In this document: piece by piece, positions 16,130 to 64,000 of the stretch | How the letters are laid out: each line of letters opens with the position of its first letter | How positions within the stretch are numbered: position 1 is the first letter of the stretch | DNA from: the human T2T-CHM13v2.0 reference genome, Homo sapiens | Assembly: GCF_009914755.1 (NCBI RefSeq) | Contig: NC_060944.1 | Direction: 5' to 3' (one strand) | DNA length: 64,000 nucleotides | The notes under the pieces: model-generated | Databases searched by the model: none | Told to the model about the DNA's origin: nothing | What the model saw: the letters and a program-made list of their open reading frames with translations, nothing else | Made by a program: the position numbers and the translations under genes

Positions 16130-17560
16130 TATATGAAAGGAAAGACACCTCTCCCAACTCAAGAGCAACCCACTGCCAGGATACGCTCTGGGCCTCCTGC
16201 CTTCCTCACCCCACTTACACGCCTTACCAATAACATCATGCCCCCACGGGAGCAGTGGAGGCTGCAGGGGCCCATGGTATTGCTGGGGCCAAGGGCACAT
16301 ATGGAGTCTGAGATTTCTACAACCAGATGGTCAAGAAGCAGGGTGGAGAAGGGAGGAGCTGCGTGGTTCTGGTCAAAGAACAAGTCTTTCTCAGCCTACA
16401 CTGGAGCCCCAGACATTCCTGCCCACGATGAGGAAGCTGAGGAGCAGGGCGGGGGAGAAGGGTGGCTTTTCAACCTGGTCAGAGGCTAATTTCGGGGTGC
16501 AAGGTGAGAGAGTAGGATCACGGTCCACTGAGACCTGCTCCTGGGTCATTTCCACCCCAGGACCAAGGCTGAAATGGACTTAAACCCTGAGGAAGGAAAG
16601 GTTCTAATGGCTTCTTTAGTTCAGGGTCCAACAGTAGAGAAAGCTGCCCAGAAAGACCTGGGGGTGGGAATTTGGCCCCAGCTCAGCCTTTAACCGCCAG
16701 CTTTCAAATTTAACCCTTCAGCACTCTCTCTCATCTCTATCTCTCTCTCATCTCCATCTCTATCTCTCTATACATCTATCTATCTCTCTATCTCTCTCGA
16801 CGTTGCTACCTGTAAGCAGGTCAGCAGCTCCCTCTGGAAAGGGTGAGCCTCCAGACGAGGAGGAAAGGTCTGCAAGGAGCAGCTCTCCCATTGCTCAGCC
16901 TGAGCTGTGCCTGGGGCTCACACCTGTCTCTCCAGTCCCACTCTCCACCCTGACAGAACATCATTCTGCAATATGAGAGGATTCCCAGACTGTTGTTTTT
17001 CATTGAAAGTTCTACCATACTGATGATTTTTTTTTTTTTTTTTGAGATGGAGTTTCGCTCTTGTCGCCCGGGCTGGAGTGCAATGGCAGGATCTCGGCTC
17101 ACTTGGAACTTCCACCTCCCAGGTTCAAGCAATTCTCCTGCCTCAGCCTCCTGAGTAGCTGGGATTACAGGCGTGCACCACCAAGCCTGGCTAATTTTTG
17201 TATTTTTAGTAGAGACGGGGTTTCACCATGTTGGTCAGGCTGGTCTTGAACTCCTGACCTCAAGTGATCTGCCTGCCTTGGCCTCCGAAAATGTTGGGAT
17301 TACAGGCGTGAGCCACTGCACCCGACCACTGCTGAGTGTCTGTGCCTTCTCCCCCTTGTTTTCATCCTGGCATGTGAAATTCTGGTTTCTACCTGGTTCA
17401 GAACATTTATCTCTTTTGAGTACAGTAGACATGTCAATGTTGCCTGATCTGAAAAAGAGTGGCTGGCATGAACCTCGCAGTGGCCAACCCAGAAACATCC
17501 ATGACTCCAGGATCATGTTGCAGGGAACTGGGAAGGGCCAGTGTCTGTGTGATGGGCTGC
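16130..17560 (-). pseudogene. Three putative degenerate Kunitz-domain exons
   Basis: P-C-x6-W-x8-C core seen three times: exact once, once after repairing a 1-nt deletion, once with 2 extra residues (details in findings). Confidence 0.45.
16724..16800. repeat. (TC)n/(TCTA)n microsatellite
   Basis: Visible simple repeat. Confidence 0.9.
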
Positions 17561-17644
17561 TGAACATTTTGGCAGATCCCTCTTCCACTGTTTTATCATT
17601 TTGTTGTTTATTTAAAAACTCGAATACATGCACATAGTTTTTTA

Positions 17645-17821
<177 letters not shown>

Positions 17822-18239
17822 CTAGGCGACAGAGCAAGATTTCGTCTCAAAAAAAAAAAAAGATAACTAGTTAAATAAATTACCCATTTCATAGAGTTCT
17901 ATTAAAAGAATATACGTGATGACATGAAAGATCTCCAAGATACACAATATAATCCATTTCATATAAATAAAAAACATAACTTTAAAAAATTATCTTGGTC
18001 CCAAGAACCTAGGGATATCCCCTCCCTAAAATAAAGCTACCTGGAGGGGACAAACTGCCTGTCTTGGAGCCAAGGGCTGGCCCTCAAGGAAGGAGGTCCA
18101 AGGTGGGAACATTCCAACATCTATAAGACACTAGCCACTCGGCTGGGCACAGTGGCTCACGCCTGTAATCCCAGCACTTTGGGAGGCCAAGGCAGGCAGA
18201 TCACCTGAGGTCAGGAGTTCAAGATAAGCCTGGCCATCA

Positions 18240-18443
<204 letters not shown>

Positions 18444-18756
18444 TCACCCTTGTTCCACCCTCAACCCACATTCTCCAATAAAAGAAAGAAGGTCAGCAGG
18501 TCTAAAAGAGACTGACCTCCACCCCCACCAGGGCTTGAGAAAGACATCTATGGCAAGTCACTCTCAGTTTAGTTTCCATCCATCTCTTCCCTAGCCACAC
18601 CCAACCAAAACCCATTTTCAGTGTCCTCACAAAGAATGGATTACCCATCTGTCCTAAATATGTAAATCGTACAATCCCACAGGCACACACATACCCTCTA
18701 GCTCTCCCATATCATCTGAGCCCTCAAATAGCACAAACAAGAGGTCAGCACCAGCC

Positions 18757-18762
18757 TTTATT
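18757..18762 (-). terminator. WFDC3: WFDC3 polyadenylation signal AATAAA
   Basis: TTTATT on + strand, about 200 nt past the stop codon. Confidence 0.8.
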
Positions 18763-18959
18763 GGGAAAGAGAAGCACCACACACCCACTACCCAATCCAG
18801 GGCTATTTCCCATGCTCTGGTCAGCGGCAGGAGGAGAAGCAGAGCAGAGAGGGCCATGAGTGCCCCTGGAAATGTCACAAGCCCCAGGATGTCACCCTCT
18901 CTTGACTGCCAGGAAAAGCTTCCAGAATTACCAAAGAAGCTCCAGACAAATCAGCACAG

Positions 18960-34533
<15,574 letters not shown>

Positions 34534-34909
34534 TCAGTTCAGGCTAGAGGTGTACACCTTGCCCAGAGTATCAGCTGAGGTATGAGCAGGACTAGGGATG
34601 GCCCCAAACCCAGTCCCAAAACCTTCCCTTTCACAATACTCCCCAAGAATATCTTCTCCTGACAAGAAGAAGAGGGATTGGCTGCTGGAGTGTGGGAAAA
34701 TTCCTGGCACTACCAAAGGGGACCTGTGATGGGAGGATCAAATTCTGTAAGCAATATACACAATATTCCTGGATGATGAGAAACCTAGTGGGTGGCTGGA
34801 AAAATGGAGGGGTGGCCATTGGAAAAAGAATCAAAGAAAGCCCTAAAGGGCATTGGAAGGACATGGCTTTAGCCCAAATAACAGAGGGAGGGATTCACGA
34901 CACTACTTA

Positions 34910-35293
<384 letters not shown>

Positions 35294-35662
35294 CTACAGA
35301 AAAGCAGTAGTTGAGTTTGTTAAGAACTAATGAAAAGCACCAAACACCTACATCTTTGTCCCTCTAACCCACACAGGCCATTCTTGGACTGTATGAAGTC
35401 TAGCTGGCAGAACCCAAGAGAAGTTGCTATGTATGACTCAAATAGTCTGCCCACATATACCTCCTTTATTTCTTTTTTCTCCATTTCTTTTTTTCTTTAT
35501 CTGTCCTGGTCATGCCTTTGGTTAGCTGTGATACCTAATGGTGTCCACTGGCACTGCTTAGTCCTATGGGCAGGTACAAGGTAAAACCTCCTTAATAGGA
35601 TCAAAAAGTTTGGAGCCAGGAAGTCGCCCTTATGGTTAGAAGGCTGATGTTGGCTCATGGAG

Positions 35663-36281
<619 letters not shown>

Positions 36282-36532
36282 TGAACCGCCACTGAACACC
36301 CACACTGCACAATCGAGGCGCAGCCCTCCCGAGAGGAAGCCCCAACGACCTCCACCTACAAGGCCTCTAAGTGTAACTGTCCTGGGCGAGGCGCGGCGGT
36401 TCGGTTCCCATGGTAACCCCGCAGCTCCAGCGTCGCGCTTCCGGGCGGACGAGCAGCGCGCTCCAGTGACGTCACGGCGCCACTTTCCGGCCGGTGACAG
36501 AGTCCAGCGGAGTTGTGGGGGCCGGAGGCGCC

Positions 36533-55692
<19,160 letters not shown>

Positions 55693-55891
55693 GGCCGGGT
55701 CCCCTGGCCACACTTGGCAGCCCTCCTCCAAAGCCCTCTTCCTCACGTGGCTGAGGCCACCGCTGGGACTGCTCCTAGATGGATCTCAGCGGCATTAAGC
55801 TGTGCCTGAGCGAGTTTGTAGTGACTCACTGCACAGCACCCCCAGACTAGCATGTGGTTCTATATTTGTAAAGTTATTGGGATAAGAAACA

Positions 55892-55897
55892 ATTAAA
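55892..55897 (+). terminator. DNTTIP1: DNTTIP1 polyadenylation signal ATTAAA
   Basis: Variant hexamer 200 nt after the stop, with TGTA elements upstream. Confidence 0.7.
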
Positions 55898-57192
55898 CAG
55901 TTTGTAGTAAACACAGATGGTGAACCTGCTGTGCCCTCTACCTTGTGGGAATTGACAGAACATCAAGGGCTCTAGAAGTGGGTGTAGGAAAAAAGGACGA
56001 GATAACCCTCACCCATAACAGTATAGAGCCAGGCTTGATAAGACCAACCTGGGAGCACCATGTACCCTGCCCGTCTTCCCTTTGCCCATTTGTAGTTTCC
56101 TTACCCAGCTAATGTAAGGACATGGCAGAATGCGATGGAGTTTGATGACAGATCATATGAAAAATAGAGTTGGCTTTTATTGCTCCCATTTTACAGGTTA
56201 AGATACTGAAGGACCCGCCCCAAGGTTACACACTACCCACTGGGGAGGTAGGATATACAGGATATGAACCTGTGTTGTTGGGGTTTTTGTTTGTTTGAAG
56301 ACAGTCTTGCTCTGTTGCCCAGGCTAGAGTGCAGCCTCTGGCTCAAGCGATTCTCCCGCCTCAGCCTCGCCAGTAGCTGGGACTACAGGCTCGTGCCACC
56401 TCACCAGCCTTTTTTTTTTTTCTTTTCTTTTTTTTTTTTTTTCTTTTAAGTAGAGACAGGTCTCCCTATCCTGTTGCTCAGGCTGGTCTCGAACTCCTGG
56501 GTTCAAGTGATCCTCCTGCCTGGGCCTTCCAAAGTGTTCGGGATTACAGACGTGAGCCACTGCGACCAGCCTGAACCAATGTTGCCTTTTTTTATTTCTG
56601 TCATCTCTGCGGAGATGTATGGACCTATGTTTTCTAATAGGGAGCCTGCTGCTCTGGCCATCAGCCTTTAGTTTTTCCCCTCGCTGGGATTTTCAGATAC
56701 TTAGGACGCAGCAAAGGTGCCCAGGCGATTATAATGGTGGGAGGGTACCAGTGCTGCAGGATTGGAGGCACTCCCTGCCCGAGGGAAATTGGATCAAGGC
56801 TGGGCGTGCCGAGTGTTCCCACGCGGAGTAAGACGTGTAGCCAGAAGGAGGGGTTCATCCCACGTGGACGTTTTCTTGGCCCTTTAATGGTTAGCGTTTT
56901 CCAACGGCCACCAATTCGCTACGGATTCGTTAGTTAATGGCAGCATCATCTACCAATCGGTTGTCAGAAGCGGGATTCTGCCGCCCAATAGCGGTGCGCC
57001 AGTGGGTAGGTCTAGCAGTGGCGCAGCAATAGAGCGCTCCGGAGCGTCTCATTGGCTGGATCAAACCCAAGCGAGCCATTGATTGGTCGACGCCCCCAGA
57101 GGGTTACAATTCAAACGCGGGCGGGCGGGCCCGCAGTCCTGCAGTTGCAGTCGTGTTCTCCGAGTTCCTGTCTCTCTGCCAACGCCGCCCGG

Positions 57193-61253
<4,061 letters not shown>

Positions 61254-61408
61254 CCCAGGCTGCCCAGCCTGTCCTTGTGTCGTCTTTTTAATTTTTCCTT
61301 AGATGGTCTGTCCTTTTTGTGATTTCTGTATAGGACTCTTTATCTTGAGCTGTGGTATTTTTGTTTTGTTTTTGTCTTTTAAATTAAGCCTCGGTTGAGC
61401 CCTTGTAT

Positions 61409-61418
61409 ATTAAATAAA
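61409..61418 (+). terminator. UBE2C: UBE2C polyadenylation signal (overlapping ATTAAA/AATAAA)
   Basis: ATTAAATAAA after a U-rich 3' UTR, with GU-rich sequence downstream. Confidence 0.85.
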
Positions 61419-62469
61419 TGCATTTTTGTCCTTTTTTAGACAAGTTGTTGCGTTGTAATTTCACTAGGGTTGGAGGTACTCAGGGTAGGCAGAGGTGGAA
61501 CTTAAGGATGTGGGGCCAAGCAGTGGGGTGACAAAGATTTATTCCCTTGTACCTTATTTTATGACTCTGCATCTGTTTCTTCATCTATAAAATGAGTGTC
61601 ACAATAATGCCTCCTGTCTATGGAGTCGGTGATGTGTACCAGCAATGTTAGTGAATGTTGGAGCTCCCTCAGCTGTGTTGCAGATGAGGCTGAGCCAGAC
61701 CTTAGGCTGAAACCTACTCCTATAGCTGTAGAAGGAACAAGCGTGTGTGTTGGGGGGGGGGGGATCCCAACACACAGCCACCCATGTTCTGTCCTGAAGA
61801 AGAATGCTTAGGTCACCCTAAGCAGGTCCAGGGCCTGGGGAGACAGCCAGGAAAAAAGCCCCTTCCCTGGCAGGACTCAGGTCTGAGCTCTGGTCTCCAG
61901 GCTCTAGCCCAGGTCCCCTGTGGAGCTCCACCTCCAAGGGGGCACAGTCACCTCCTGCTGCATATCCCCCAGGGAGCCCCCAGCCCCTTGGGCTGCCTCT
62001 TTCCCCTGGCCTGATGAAGGCTCCAGTCTTTGAGCCCCTAGGAGGAAACACCCCTGCTGACCAGCTGGGTCCCCACAAGGGTCGGCAGGTGGAAGAGTAG
62101 GTTGAAGTGATAGGGCCCCCACAAAGCCCTTCAGGAAGATCTCCAAGGTAGATAAGCAGCATCCAGATGTGCTCCAACCTTGCACCCAACTCCTTCAGGT
62201 CTGTTAGCAGCTGGTTGGTTGTGCAAGCCTGAAGCGGGAGGGGTTTGGGATTGGAAGTTGGGTCCCTTCATGTCTATAATTGTGCTCTTAGGTCTCTCCT
62301 CTTGGGTTTTTTCTTAATCTAACATTCATACAAATACACTTGGGATCTTGTTAAATTCTTTTCTGTAGGTGTGAAGTGGAGCCTAAGATCCAGTCTGTTT
62401 ATTTATTTTGGTTTCTAAATAGTTTCCAAGTGATGTCATTGCTGCGGTCTGCTTAAGAACAAAATTTAG

Positions 62470-63891
<1,422 letters not shown>

Positions 63892-64000
63892 GCTCAGACC
63901 AGGTAAGCAGAACTGTTTCAGGATCCTGGCTCCACCTCCATGTTGCCCGTAAACATGTAGGCAGTTACATTTAACCTCTCCGTAAAATGAAAATACTGGT

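Noticed and set aside
15971-16489. 172-aa plus-strand ORF
   Set aside because: No recognisable domain; antisense to the Kunitz-like relic

Overview
Human genomic DNA (an AluYb8 insertion supports human origin), recognisable as the WFDC3-DNTTIP1-UBE2C region of 20q13.12. Three complete protein-coding genes were reconstructed exon by exon with GT-AG boundaries: WFDC3 (- strand, 231 aa, four WAP domains), DNTTIP1 (+, 329 aa, head-to-head with WFDC3 on a CpG island) and UBE2C (+, 179 aa). The window also holds a two-LTR HERV-H provirus (4034-9903), a U6atac retropseudogene and dense Alu/L1/L2/MIR/MLT/MER repeats. Most ORFs in the supplied track are Alu or microsatellite artefacts. The main unexplained signals are: (1) decayed protease-inhibitor exons on the WFDC3 strand, namely three tandem Kunitz-like relics just 3' of WFDC3, a signal-peptide plus WAP relic pair inside WFDC3 intron 4, and a further WAP relic near 2.9 kb, together suggesting a lost WAP/Kunitz gene or lost WFDC3 modules; (2) a full-length SNORD24 retrocopy split into three pieces by later insertions. 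The relic calls are manual alignments and need HMM or comparative confirmation.
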